DNA from: a virus
Lineage: Duplodnaviria > Caudoviricetes
Direction: 5' to 3' (one strand)
IMG/VR virus record: IMGVR_UViG_3300029183_000028
Span: 1 to 29,437 of that record
Length of the DNA: 29,437 nt
Under the pieces are notes generated by a model. It did not search any database, was not told the origin of the DNA, and worked only from the letters and a program-made list of their open reading frames with translations. The first letter of the stretch is position 1. Each line of letters begins with the position of its first letter. Both the position numbers and the translations under genes were made by a program. Positions 14,870 to 24,165 of the stretch are shown piece after piece.

Positions 14870-16470
14870 CGGATGTTCCGACGGTTGAGCTCGTTGAGTT
14901 CTTGCAGGGTGGTCGTACCGACAGAATGGTACGAATTGTTGTTGATAACAGTGTTGCCGCCACCACTAGATGACCGAATGTTCGAAGGCAGTTCCGCGGG
15001 GTTGAGGAACATGTCCACAGTCATACGCGGGTTTGAGCCTTCGATACGGTCCTCGATCGACTGAATGTCGGAGAATATGTCGTCGATGACAGACTGAGGG
15101 ATTCCCATTTCGGTCAGCATCTGGCGGGCGGCTGAACCGGTAGGGTCGATTCCGTCCTCTTTTAGTTCTAGGACGGTGTCCTTCAAGTCAGCTATGACTT
15201 TGGCGCGGGCGATCACCGCTTCTTTGAAATCTTCCGGTTTGATCGCCTCGTCGACAGCTTTTTCGGCTTCGGCCAGGTCGTCGACCAGTTCGACCGCCCG
15301 GAACAGGGGGTTGTGGAGTTCGCGTAACGTGTCGTGTTTCTCGCGTAACGCTTTTCGGGCCCGGTCGGCGCGTTCCGCTTCGAACTCTAAGGCTTCCGCC
15401 ATCGCTTTGACTGAGGCTTCGGACGTTTCGTTTGATTCGGTTACGTCGTCGGTGGTGCCTTGCAGGATCGACAGTTCGTTTTCCAACGCGGCAGCATGGT
15501 TTTCCATGTCTTCAGTAGACAATGACCATTCTTTGGTTTCCTGGTCGGCGTCGTCGAAAAGGTCAGCGAACCCTGAAAGAAGCGACTTGACTTCGCCTAG
15601 CACCGGGGCGAAGTCGAACATGTTGTCGACCAGATCGTCAAAGCCGGACGTGTTGTTGCCGCCCAACTGCGCTAGACCGTCGCCGATCGCGACAATGTCA
15701 GCGGCGATCTCGTTTAGTTCCAGTTTGAACGGAGCGAGATATTCCCCGACAGCCGCCTGGGAGTCTTTTGCTGCCGCCTCTTGACGTTGCAGGGCGCCGC
15801 TAACAGTGTCCGCTTCTCGAGCGAACTGTCCCTGAGCATCGGCGGACTGTTCCATGATCAACGCAAGCAACGCCTGCGCGCGTGCGTTGTCGTCGACAGC
15901 AGACGTAGTTTCCGCCAATCCGAGTTCCACTGCTTTGGCGTTCTGTTTGCCGATTTTCAGGTTCAGGTTGAACCGTTCCGCTGGGTCTGCTTCGCCACGG
16001 AACGCGGCTCCAAGCGCATTAACGGCTTCGGCTGTGGTCCCTCCATAAGTGGCGGCAAGGTCTGCTGCCACCCCTGTTAAAACCACTGACTGTTCCGCGG
16101 CAAGTTCGACGTCGCCGGTCATCCGTTTTAACTGTCCGCCGATCGAAGTTGTGGCAGTTCGGAATTCGGCTTCTGCGAGTCCTAACGACTCGGCCGAATT
16201 GTCGGCGAATTCGTCGATGACGCCTCTGGCCCTGCCGAACACTGCTTCGGTTCCGCCGACCGACTGTTCCAGTTCTGAAAAAGCGCCGATAGCTTCGTTC
16301 GCGAAGTCCAAGACGCGACTGCCGGCCATGAACCCGCCAACCACTTTGGCGGCGTTCGAGAACGTTTTGCTTGTTTTGGTGACAGCACTATCAATGTTTT
16401 GGAGGTTGCGTTGAGCCTGTTGGTCGTCGACAACCACTTCGACCTCGACAGTCCGTTTCCTACTCGGCAT
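14866..16470 (-). CDS. Tape measure protein (short, 534 aa)
   Basis: Ala/Glu-rich helical protein; AADLAATYGGTTAEAVNAL..A.RGE.DP.ER..QGQFAREADT is TMP-like; expected position. Confidence 0.88.
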   Translation of the reverse strand: MPSRKRTVEVEVVVDDQQAQRNLQNIDSAVTKTSKTFSNAAKVVGGFMAGSRVLDFANEAIGAFSELEQSVGGTEAVFGRARGVIDEFADNSAESLGLAEAEFRTATTSIGGQLKRMTGDVELAAEQSVVLTGVAADLAATYGGTTAEAVNALGAAFRGEADPAERFNLNLKIGKQNAKAVELGLAETTSAVDDNARAQALLALIMEQSADAQGQFAREADTVSGALQRQEAAAKDSQAAVGEYLAPFKLELNEIAADIVAIGDGLAQLGGNNTSGFDDLVDNMFDFAPVLGEVKSLLSGFADLFDDADQETKEWSLSTEDMENHAAALENELSILQGTTDDVTESNETSEASVKAMAEALEFEAERADRARKALREKHDTLRELHNPLFRAVELVDDLAEAEKAVDEAIKPEDFKEAVIARAKVIADLKDTVLELKEDGIDPTGSAARQMLTEMGIPQSVIDDIFSDIQSIEDRIEGSNPRMTVDMFLNPAELPSNIRSSSGGGNTVINNNSYHSVGTTTLQELNELNRRNIR

Positions 16471-16675
16471 GAATACCCTTCTCTACCAAATAGTCAACCA
16501 ACAACCGGTGCTGGTGGACAGTCAACTTGTAGTAGTCACCAACCCCAATGTTGAACTGGTGTAACACGACCGGCATCGTTTCGTCCCAATACGACACGTC
16601 CTCGACCGCGGCGTAAGCATCCTCGAGCGTCAGTTCAGAAATAGGAATCCGGGCGTATATGCCTTCGTCGGACAC
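16460..16675 (-). CDS. Possible tail assembly chaperone, 71 aa
   Basis: Immediately before the tape measure; YYKLTV.Q resembles chaperone C-termini. Assignment is mainly positional. Confidence 0.45.
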   Translation of the reverse strand: MSDEGIYARIPISELTLEDAYAAVEDVSYWDETMPVVLHQFNIGVGDYYKLTVHQHRLLVDYLVEKGIHAE

Positions 16676-16686
16676 GATGAACCCTC

Positions 16687-17136
16687 CTAGTCGGGGAACG
16701 CTTGAGACAGCCCGTCCAAGACGGCGTCTAAGTATTCGTCGAGTATGAACCCGTCGGCGGAATCCCTGATTACAGGGCCGATACCGTACAGATCTTCGGG
16801 TTTCCAGTTTCTACCGATCCACGGTTTCCACGGACCCGGACCTGACACGCGCCGGCCGAACACCATATGCGACTTCGCTCCGAACACGTTAGCCCTGATG
16901 GTCGGGTTCGACGCCAACAGTCGGATGACCGCGGCGCGTTGTTTCGCAGACGAACGGATACCTGATTGTGCGATCGAGCCGCCGGGTGTCGGTAGGGATT
17001 TGACTGCGGGACGGGCTTTGGATGCGACCTGTTCGCCGATCTTCTTGTTCGCTATGCCGAACGCTTTGCCCATCCGCTTATCGGCCCGTCGTAGTTCCCG
17101 GCGGAAGTCGTCGAGCCCCTTAACCCGTACTGTCAA
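16687..17136 (-). CDS. HK97 gp10-like tail completion/neck protein
   Basis: VRVKGLDDFRRELRR N-terminus; basic composition. Confidence 0.7.
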   Translation of the reverse strand: MTVRVKGLDDFRRELRRADKRMGKAFGIANKKIGEQVASKARPAVKSLPTPGGSIAQSGIRSSAKQRAAVIRLLASNPTIRANVFGAKSHMVFGRRVSGPGPWKPWIGRNWKPEDLYGIGPVIRDSADGFILDEYLDAVLDGLSQAFPD

Positions 17137-17529
17137 TTAGACGGTGCCGCGGGTAACGGTTCCGGACGGCTTGAACGACGCAGTCCAAGTGACGCCACCA
17201 CCGACAGGCACGTCAATGTTGTAGTTGGAAATGAACGCGTTGCCCGAATACTGGACATCACCCGACGTGTTCCCTTCGGGTCCGAACACGAACGCGACAA
17301 CTGCGCCGTCGTCGGCGCCGTCGATCGCAGCGTCAAGGGTGGGATCCCATTTGCCGCCAATTTGGAGGTCGTGTTCGCGTAGTCCGTCGATGAACGTCTT
17401 GTTGTCGTTACCGAACGTGGTCGTCTCGAACAGGTCTTTGACCCGGTTGAGCGACTGGCTGTCGGTGTACGACGAAATGTCTGTTGCGTCGACACTCAGG
17501 TAGGCATTCTTGCCATGCTGAAAGGCCAT
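17137..17529 (-). CDS. Major tail (tube) protein
   Basis: AGGAG SD; ETTTFG..KTFIDGL....I.G.WD..FGPEG..YSG.A.I..Y...VGG.VTW.A is a siphophage tube pattern. Confidence 0.8.
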   Translation of the reverse strand: MAFQHGKNAYLSVDATDISSYTDSQSLNRVKDLFETTTFGNDNKTFIDGLREHDLQIGGKWDPTLDAAIDGADDGAVVAFVFGPEGNTSGDVQYSGNAFISNYNIDVPVGGGVTWTASFKPSGTVTRGTV

Positions 17530-17547
17530 TGGTTATAGCTCCTTGAT

Positions 17548-18255
17548 TTACTTGCGGTGTCTCTTGAACGAGACAACGAACGTGAGGTTTGTGAACGTGC
17601 CAGTCAAAGCGACCCGCACATACCGTTCGACTGTCCCTGAGACAGTCACCTTTTCGGACGTGACACCAGTCGCGGCGGTGAACGCCACCAACGACCCGAA
17701 CGTCGAATCGTTAGCCGAATCTTCGATCGTGACCGTGGCGTTCGTACCCGAAAACTGTGTTACATGCAGAAACGCGGTAGCGCCGTCGGTTGTTTGGGCC
17801 GACTGGTCGACCGAAGCGAAGTTGCCGGTTGATGACTCTTGGGAAAGGTCTTTCAAAGCGACACCTAGATAGGCGCCTTCCGACCCTTGGATCGATGACG
17901 AAAACCGTACGGCGTCGTTATGCGGTGCTCTTGGCTGATAGTTGGCTAGGAATCCGTTGACCATGTGGACGCGGTCGCCCACAGCTGCGAACCCTTGCGG
18001 CGACGCGGATACGACGACTTCTGTGCCGTCTAACGCTACAAGTTCTTCGTCGGACTGGTCGGCTGCTGGATTCCATACGCCTTGCGGCGACATTTGCCCT
18101 TCGTTCAATCCTGGTAGCCACACCTTGTCGTCGTTCCCGAACGTGGTCACGTTCGCTAGTGCGACGTTGAAGCCAAAGTTGTATTGGGTGAAATCAGAGG
18201 ACAGGTCGAACTCTTTGACGAGGACGCCTGCCCCTTTGCCGTGTACGAACGTCAT
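17548..18255 (-). CDS. Tail-tube paralogue with C-terminal beta-sandwich extension
   Basis: N-terminal half aligns by eye with 17137-17529 (HGK, D.SS, TTFGND.K...GL.E, G.W.P); about 100 extra residues. Confidence 0.7.
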   Translation of the reverse strand: MTFVHGKGAGVLVKEFDLSSDFTQYNFGFNVALANVTTFGNDDKVWLPGLNEGQMSPQGVWNPAADQSDEELVALDGTEVVVSASPQGFAAVGDRVHMVNGFLANYQPRAPHNDAVRFSSSIQGSEGAYLGVALKDLSQESSTGNFASVDQSAQTTDGATAFLHVTQFSGTNATVTIEDSANDSTFGSLVAFTAATGVTSEKVTVSGTVERYVRVALTGTFTNLTFVVSFKRHRK

Positions 18256-18408
18256 CTACTTCTTCTCCACGACATGTGACGGGGCAGCGTGTTTCGCTAC
18301 CGACGCGGGCAGTTGGTCGCCCTTTTCGTACCGGGTGCCGTCAGCTGTCACGATGTAATCCCTCGCTACGAGCATGACCGGTTTTGCTTTTGGCTTCTTA
18401 TCAGCCAT
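18256..18408 (-). CDS. Small hypothetical protein, 50 aa
   Basis: AGGAG SD; MADKKPKAKPVMLVARDYIVTADGTRYEKGDQLPASVAKHAAPSHVVEKK*. Below the ORF-track cutoff. Confidence 0.7.
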   Translation of the reverse strand: MADKKPKAKPVMLVARDYIVTADGTRYEKGDQLPASVAKHAAPSHVVEKK

Positions 18409-18417
18409 AGGTGTCTC

Positions 18418-18867
18418 CTAAATGTGGGCTTCGGCTTCCACGTCGAACTCGATATATCCGATCGGCCCGGATTCGTCTACATGGTCAGGGTTGGATTCGG
18501 CGGCGGCGAGTTCGACGTTGAACACGACACCCCCCACGGTTATGTCCCCCCGTAGACAGTTCTCGACCGAAGCGAACAGGGTTTCGGCGCGTTGTTCGCC
18601 GCCGCCTTGTTCGTCGCGGCCGAACCGTGGACACCAGATACGCCCTTCGACGGTGAGAGTTTCTTGACGGAACCCCGACGCGCCTTGCGTGTATGGCTGT
18701 TGCTCCCAATTGATCGAAGCGAACCAGATTCGGTCTTCCCTTGTCCAGTCGTCGCCCAACGGCGGGTATTCGGTGACAGTCACGTCGGTTACGGCGTCGG
18801 TGGACAGTTGTGATGTGATTGCGGTGACAAGACCGGCGCGTAGGTTCTGGAACGTTGAAGTGGCCAT
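18418..18867 (-). CDS. Tail terminator-like protein
   Basis: 149 aa, acidic, alpha/beta pattern; lies between the adaptor and tube genes. Confidence 0.6.
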   Translation of the reverse strand: MATSTFQNLRAGLVTAITSQLSTDAVTDVTVTEYPPLGDDWTREDRIWFASINWEQQPYTQGASGFRQETLTVEGRIWCPRFGRDEQGGGEQRAETLFASVENCLRGDITVGGVVFNVELAAAESNPDHVDESGPIGYIEFDVEAEAHI

Positions 18868-19796
18868 TAAGCGACAAGGATCCGGTGGTCGTGTCGCATC
18901 ACCCAGTCGTTCACTTCAGGAAGTCTTGACACGTTACGCATCGGCCCGCCTGGTTGTACGAGACGGGTAGTACCGAAATCTGAGTCGACGGTCAACGCCC
19001 TGTCCGGGAACGCCGAAGGGACGAGCCTGTCTACTAGCAGTTTAAGTCCGATCCGGTCGACGCCGTCGATGTTGGTGTTCATCCCGTAGACGTATTCGAC
19101 GGACACGTTGAACGGGTTGGTGACTGTCGCCGACGAGAACACGCCCGAAGTGGAAATGAGCCGGTTGGTGCGCGGGTCGATTTCGTAGTTCGACACGGTT
19201 TGGGCTGTCCCGTTGATCGTGACAGTCAAAAGTGGGCCGATGTCAGCAAGCCGGCCGGGCCGGTGTAACGCGTAGCCGTCTGACGTGCGGGGAATCCCGT
19301 TGTTCAAGTTCAGGCTTGTAGAACCGTGGCCTTGCAGTTCCAACCGGCAGTACCGGGTGACCCAACCTCGACCTGTCCACTGTTCCAGTTCGTCGGTTAT
19401 GCGGCTACGTTCATCCGCGATCATCGGGTCGGTGTACTCCGTGGCGGACGCAAGCGGAATGTTCGCTGCTGCCGCGTCTGCTTTCGCTGAGAACGTGCGC
19501 GCCTGGTTTTCGGTGAACAACCATCTACCTACGACCTCTATACGGTCGATCAGGTCGGCGGACGTGTCGGTTCGTGTCCACGTCACTACTAGTTCGTCTG
19601 GGTTTGGTTGGTCAGCCAACGAATACGAGTAGGTGCCGTCGCCGTTGTTTGTTGTGGCTGTGCCAGACGCAACGATCGTGTCGCCGTTGCCGTCGACCAC
19701 GCCCACAGTCACGGTGCCGACGTCGGTTGGCGTGCCGTCGACATACCATGTTTTGGTGAGGGCGTACGGGCCTGCTTGTGCGAGTATTTGCGTCAT
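18867..19796 (-). CDS. Head-to-tail adaptor with extra N-terminal Ig-like domain
   Basis: N-terminal beta domain (GTYSY..VTW); then I.DELEQWTGR..V.VEYVYG..LPEV, resembling actinophage adaptors. Confidence 0.7.
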   Translation of the reverse strand: MTQILAQAGPYALTKTWYVDGTPTDVGTVTVGVVDGNGDTIVASGTATTNNGDGTYSYSLADQPNPDELVVTWTRTDTSADLIDRIEVVGRWLFTENQARTFSAKADAAAANIPLASATEYTDPMIADERSRITDELEQWTGRGWVTRYCRLELQGHGSTSLNLNNGIPRTSDGYALHRPGRLADIGPLLTVTINGTAQTVSNYEIDPRTNRLISTSGVFSSATVTNPFNVSVEYVYGMNTNIDGVDRIGLKLLVDRLVPSAFPDRALTVDSDFGTTRLVQPGGPMRNVSRLPEVNDWVMRHDHRILVA

Positions 19797-22294
19797 TCCT
19801 GCTTCCCTGAATCGAGATTCCCGGACTGTTCACTGACAGCCAGCGTGCCTTGCGATGTTCCGACGTTTAGTCCACCAGCTGCGGACGATGTGACTATCAG
19901 TTCACCTTCCGTATACAAACCGACCAACCCGACTGCCACACCGGTCGCTTGCGGTATCGCTACGACTATGGCAACCGTGTCCGGTGAAGCTGCTCCTTGC
20001 CCGGCGGGGGTAGATACAGGAACCGCTGTAACAACCGCAACCGCGTCGGGGTTCACCGTGGACGCAGCCGCAACAGACGCTGCGGGCAGCGAAACTGTCG
20101 CCTCGAGGACACCCGTTGTGACCGTTTCCGATACCGTCGGTGTTGCCTGCGGTGCCGTAACGTCGAGCGTTATCATCGCGGGTGTGACTAGCCCTTGACC
20201 TTCTGGTGTCGCCTGCAAAAGTGTGACTGTTGTTGTTGCTGCTGCGGGTGAAGCCGAACCGGGTGCGGATGGTGTCGCCTGGCCGATAGCGAAGTCGACA
20301 CTGATCACAGCGGGTGTGACCACTGTTCCAGACCCGATTACGGTGGCCGCCTGCGGCAACGCTACCGACAACGACAATGATGCTGGTGTGACTGTCGAAC
20401 CGGCCGCAGTGTTCGCTTGCGGGATCGTGGTGTCGGCGGCTAGCACACCTGGTGTCACGGCCGCTTGCCCTTCCGGTGTCGCTGCGGGGAGTGTTGCTGT
20501 CGCTGAGAACACTGACGGGGTTACTAACCCTTCGCCGACGACGGTGACTGTCGGTACGGCCACCGTCGTCTCCACGTTTGCGGGTGTGACTGTCTTGCCG
20601 ATCGTCACTACCGCAGAACCGACCTGTACGTCCGTAGAAATCGATCCTGGGGAAACCTGCCCGGCGCCCGAAACGGACGCTCCTGGCAGCGTCGTTGGGG
20701 CGGAAATGGCGGCTGGTGACGCCGCCCCTTCCCCTGTCGCGGATGCTGCGGGCATGATCGTTGCCGAAGTGATGACCGCGGGGGCTACTAACGCTTCGCC
20801 TTGCGGAGTCGCAGCTGGAAGGGCGAACGTTGACGCGACAACCGCAGGCGACACTGCCGCTTCCCCAACGGGTGACGCCTGCGGCGCCGACACTGAAGTC
20901 GTAATGGCTGCGGGAGTGACTGTTGTACCAGCTGTGGAAAACAGTGACGACAACCGGATTAAAGACATGCCGCCGGCGCCTACCATGACGCCGCTGGCGG
21001 TTCCGAGCCGGTCGTGTCGTAGATAAACCGAATCGTTAGCCGACAAGTCGGTCAGCAACCCAGCACAAAACATGTGAGCGTGGTCGGCGGTGCCAGACTG
21101 ACGGTTATACGAAGACGCACCAGCGATTTCTTGGTCGGTAGTGTTGACCCGGAACCCCTGAGCGGGAACATGCCTCGAACCGCCACCTGTCATTCCAGCG
21201 TCCGTGAAGTTACCGGAGTTGGCTAACGCTAAGTAGTCGTCGGCGTTATCAACGTCGATGTTCGCGTTGCCTGCCGAATGAGTGAAAGCGTCGGTGTCGA
21301 CGTTTACGGCTGTCTCCCACGCGAAGTTGACGCCTGCTTCGTTGACGTCGCCCGCATGGGTGGACCGTTCAACCGTCGCAGTCTCAGCGCCCGAAGGCAG
21401 TTCGATGAGTTGGAGTTCGGTGAACCAGTCCTCGTCGGCGTCCTCACGAGAAATCAGGTTCAGTTCGAGGGTTTGGCCGGTGCCGTCAGGGTAGATGACC
21501 GCAGCAGCAGACATGATCCCATAATCCGCATTGTCCGTCGCCCGCGGACCGTAAGTCTGGTTAACGCCCCGCACCAGTTCGACGCCGTCGAAGTCGATCG
21601 ACCCCTGCATTTCCGTCCGGCCAGAATGAACATCGGACTGGTCGTTGTAATGGGTGTACATCACAACAACCGGATTCGATGTCGTGATAGTCACCTGGTT
21701 GCTTGACCGCGAGAACACGGAGCCGTCCTGTTCGACGGTAGTTCCGATATCAGCCTGGTTGCGGGTGTTGTCCGTCGAAGACGGCGTATAAGCAGCACTG
21801 GACCGGTAGTGAGCAAAGTTCCAGTCGTCGTCCAGTTTGATGATCGACACGCCGGAACGGTCTGCTATCCGATTGACTGTCCCGGCGGTCGAATTGTCAA
21901 CTCGTTCGTGGCGGACTATCAGTTCGTCGCCGTTGCCAGTAGTAGTAGACACGTTGACGTAGCAGATGCCAGAGTTGATGTACTCCTGAGAGCCACCACC
22001 CCGACGCACATACCCTGACGACGACCCCTCATTCAACCGAGACCCAGCGAGGATCAGGCTCATACGGACGTTGGTCCGTTCATTGTTGGTCGTGTTGGTG
22101 GTTCCCCACTGGTCCGATGGCGCTACAAGAAACCTGCCTGTTTCGCCGAGAGTGAAAGTCCCCGACGAATATGTGATTCCGGAACCTTCCGAATCGACGG
22201 AAGTGTCCCAAAGCAGGTCGAGGGTAGACCCTGCGTCGGGGATTTCGTCAGTGTTGGCGTTGTTGCGGCGTACTACGAAATCGCCCGCAGCCAT
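19793..22294 (-). CDS. Large fibre/decoration protein: three tandem beta-sandwich domains plus a repeat stalk
   Basis: Three ~150-aa units ending SIIKL, QLIEL and SLIRL, with a C1q/TNF-like GTFT..ETGRFLV motif; then about 15 repeats of 22 aa. Confidence 0.7.
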   Translation of the reverse strand: MAAGDFVVRRNNANTDEIPDAGSTLDLLWDTSVDSEGSGITYSSGTFTLGETGRFLVAPSDQWGTTNTTNNERTNVRMSLILAGSRLNEGSSSGYVRRGGGSQEYINSGICYVNVSTTTGNGDELIVRHERVDNSTAGTVNRIADRSGVSIIKLDDDWNFAHYRSSAAYTPSSTDNTRNQADIGTTVEQDGSVFSRSSNQVTITTSNPVVVMYTHYNDQSDVHSGRTEMQGSIDFDGVELVRGVNQTYGPRATDNADYGIMSAAAVIYPDGTGQTLELNLISREDADEDWFTELQLIELPSGAETATVERSTHAGDVNEAGVNFAWETAVNVDTDAFTHSAGNANIDVDNADDYLALANSGNFTDAGMTGGGSRHVPAQGFRVNTTDQEIAGASSYNRQSGTADHAHMFCAGLLTDLSANDSVYLRHDRLGTASGVMVGAGGMSLIRLSSLFSTAGTTVTPAAITTSVSAPQASPVGEAAVSPAVVASTFALPAATPQGEALVAPAVITSATIMPAASATGEGAASPAAISAPTTLPGASVSGAGQVSPGSISTDVQVGSAVVTIGKTVTPANVETTVAVPTVTVVGEGLVTPSVFSATATLPAATPEGQAAVTPGVLAADTTIPQANTAAGSTVTPASLSLSVALPQAATVIGSGTVVTPAVISVDFAIGQATPSAPGSASPAAATTTVTLLQATPEGQGLVTPAMITLDVTAPQATPTVSETVTTGVLEATVSLPAASVAAASTVNPDAVAVVTAVPVSTPAGQGAASPDTVAIVVAIPQATGVAVGLVGLYTEGELIVTSSAAGGLNVGTSQGTLAVSEQSGNLDSGKQE
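19925..20920 (-). repeat. About 15 degenerate 22-aa coding repeats (V-T/S-P-A...P-x-A...G)
   Basis: Examples: VTPAAITTSVSAPQASPVGEAA, VSPAVVASTFALPAATPQGEAL, VTPSVFSATATLPAATPEGQAA. Confidence 0.85.
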
Positions 22295-22297
22295 GAA

Positions 22298-22729
22298 CTA
22301 CGGCGTGTAGTCGAGGGTGAAAATACCCGAAGCGTTATGTTGGACAGTGAAGTCAGCAGCCGAGGCCGAAGCAGCTGTCACGAAATCCTGCAACAAGACC
22401 AACTGGTCGGTGCCTGACGTGCCGACGTTCGTGTAGATCACATGCGCCATAGCGTCGGTGACGGTCACAGACGAGAACACGGTGTCAGCAGCGTCGAACG
22501 TCATCGTCCCCGACGACAACGTCAGTTCCGTCGACGTGATCGACGGTTGACCGGATGTGGTGAGCTCGTTCGTGAGGTCGGCATGGAAGTCGTGAGTGTC
22601 ATAGTCCGGCGTGTACGAGTCGGATACGAGGGTTCCTTCGTTGTCTTCCGCCTCGAGCGACTCGCCGGCCGTGTCTATGAACATTTTTTCGATGGTCAGG
22701 CCGTACAAGCCTGATGCTGTGATAGCCAC
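22298..22729 (-). CDS. Putative virion structural protein (fibre-associated)
   Basis: Acidic, beta-rich, 143 aa (YTPDYDTHDF..D.TNE, FDAAD..F, FTVQ.NASGIF); directly upstream of the fibre gene. Confidence 0.65.
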   Translation of the reverse strand: MAITASGLYGLTIEKMFIDTAGESLEAEDNEGTLVSDSYTPDYDTHDFHADLTNELTTSGQPSITSTELTLSSGTMTFDAADTVFSSVTVTDAMAHVIYTNVGTSGTDQLVLLQDFVTAASASAADFTVQHNASGIFTLDYTP

Positions 22730-22731
22730 TA

Positions 22732-22938
22732 TTAGACCTTCCCTGAAGCGCCAATAGATTCGGGTTGAGCACCGTTTTTGGCGGGTTTGCGGTGTTGGCT
22801 GCGGTATTCGGAGCGCAGTTGACGCAACGCAGCCTTGTCTTTCGGTGATGCCTTACCGGCCTTCTTCTTTTCTACGAAGGCTTCTTCGGCTTCGGCCAAA
22901 GCGAGTTCGGCTTTAAGCCGATCAATTTTACTTGACAT
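22732..22938 (-). CDS. Small basic coiled-coil protein
   Basis: AAGGA SD before ATG 22938; 68 aa. Confidence 0.65.
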   Translation of the reverse strand: MSSKIDRLKAELALAEAEEAFVEKKKAGKASPKDKAALRQLRSEYRSQHRKPAKNGAQPESIGASGKV

Positions 22939-23242
22939 GGATTCCTTCTTTGATTGGTTTGACACCTGTCGGCCCTCGGCCGACGATGAAGTAGCCGCGG
23001 TCTACGAGCTCTTGGAACGTCATCGGACGGATAGTCCCGTCAGGATCGCGGATGTACCTGATTGCTGACGGTGCCGCCGTAGCAGCAAGCCTGCCTTCCC
23101 AATCTTCTGTTTGGGCGACGACACCTTTGCGGGAGATTTCGCCTGACTGTGCCTCACCGACGACGGTCGTGTTCGTCCGATTTTTGTATCCCTCTTTGAG
23201 ATACGACGGACCCCGTCGGGCGACGTACAGAAACTTTCTCAT
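22928..23242 (-). CDS. Hypothetical protein, 104 aa
   Basis: Start reassigned to ATG 23242 (ATGA overlap with the upstream stop). Confidence 0.65.
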   Translation of the reverse strand: MRKFLYVARRGPSYLKEGYKNRTNTTVVGEAQSGEISRKGVVAQTEDWEGRLAATAAPSAIRYIRDPDGTIRPMTFQELVDRGYFIVGRGPTGVKPIKEGIHVK

Positions 23243-23448
23243 GCGTTGATCGAAACGAGGACTGTCGGCGGCTGCGTGTTGAACCTTTGCAGTTTGTGGG
23301 TTTGGGAACGTCCAAACGCTAGGTCGTTCCAGAAATCTTCGGACACTTGAACCAGTAGTGTCTGAGTGTATTGACATCCGCACCAGTCGCATGTGACTAT
23401 CTCACCGCGGGCGTCGGGCAATTCTTCGAGGCAGTACAGACAGGTCAC
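23239..23448 (-). CDS. Small Cys-rich hypothetical protein
   Basis: CLYC...CDWC; GTGA and ATGA coupling at its ends. Confidence 0.55.
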   Translation of the reverse strand: MTCLYCLEELPDARGEIVTCDWCGCQYTQTLLVQVSEDFWNDLAFGRSQTHKLQRFNTQPPTVLVSINA

Positions 23449-23873
23449 AGTTGAAAGTCTCCTGTCCCGTCGTGGGCGATGATGTCACGGTCTATGACCA
23501 GGTGAACCCGTGGACTGTCGCCTACTTGTAGGTGGTGCCATTCCCAATGTGTCACTTGGAACGGGACACCCGCAATCTGGTCGACTTCCACGCCGCCTAT
23601 CGTGAACGTTCCTGACGGACGGATAGGAACCTGCCACCTTTCGTACCACGGGCCGGCGTCTTTGTGTTTCCGTATGTACCCGCCGGGTTCGATATACGAC
23701 AGCCAGGCGGTTTTGACGGGTGCGAAATCTTCCAACACCCAACCGAAACAGGGTAGGTGTTGGTGTTTGTTGCGTCGATAGCCGCCGTGAACTGCCCCGT
23801 CGGGCGATGGTTCCGACAGTACCGTCGCTTCGGCGGATTCGACTAGTCGATCTACCGGATACGCCGACTTCAC
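23445..23873 (-). CDS. Aspartyl/asparaginyl beta-hydroxylase-like 2OG-Fe(II) oxygenase
   Basis: LSYIEPGGYIRKHKD (HxD), R..VPI, a distal His in WHHL, and SPRVHLVID. Confidence 0.8.
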   Translation of the reverse strand: MKSAYPVDRLVESAEATVLSEPSPDGAVHGGYRRNKHQHLPCFGWVLEDFAPVKTAWLSYIEPGGYIRKHKDAGPWYERWQVPIRPSGTFTIGGVEVDQIAGVPFQVTHWEWHHLQVGDSPRVHLVIDRDIIAHDGTGDFQL

Positions 23874-24103
23874 TACTTCTTTTTGGGTTTCTGCGCTGCG
23901 CGGGTTTCGCCTGGTGCGGCGGTCGCTTTTTCTACGTTTCCTGTACGTGCGAGATAATCAGCGACAGGCTCGAGCAGGTCTCCGTGGGATTTAACGAGCG
24001 GATCGTTGTCGTCGAGTATCTGTCCGTATCCGATCAGCCGTCCGCTATGCGGCTTCTTTTTGGTTCCAGCAGTATGAAATGCTGTTTTGGCTCGGTATGG
24101 CAT
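23873..24103 (-). CDS. Small protein after the capsid gene
   Basis: GAAAGGGG SD; D.DPLVK....L.EP..VEKATAAPGE.R motif, common at this position in actinophages. Confidence 0.75.
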   Translation of the reverse strand: MPYRAKTAFHTAGTKKKPHSGRLIGYGQILDDNDPLVKSHGDLLEPVADYLARTGNVEKATAAPGETRAAQKPKKK

Positions 24104-24119
24104 GTTGCCCCTTTCTGTG

Positions 24120-24159
24120 TTGGGAGGGGGGCCACCTTTGTCGGCGTCCCCCCTCTCAA
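24120..24159 (-). other. Stem-loop directly after the major capsid stop (mRNA stabiliser or attenuator)
   Basis: GAGGGGGG/CCCCCCTC 8-bp stem with further imperfect pairing; no U-tract. Confidence 0.6.
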
Positions 24160-24165
24160 AGTGGT

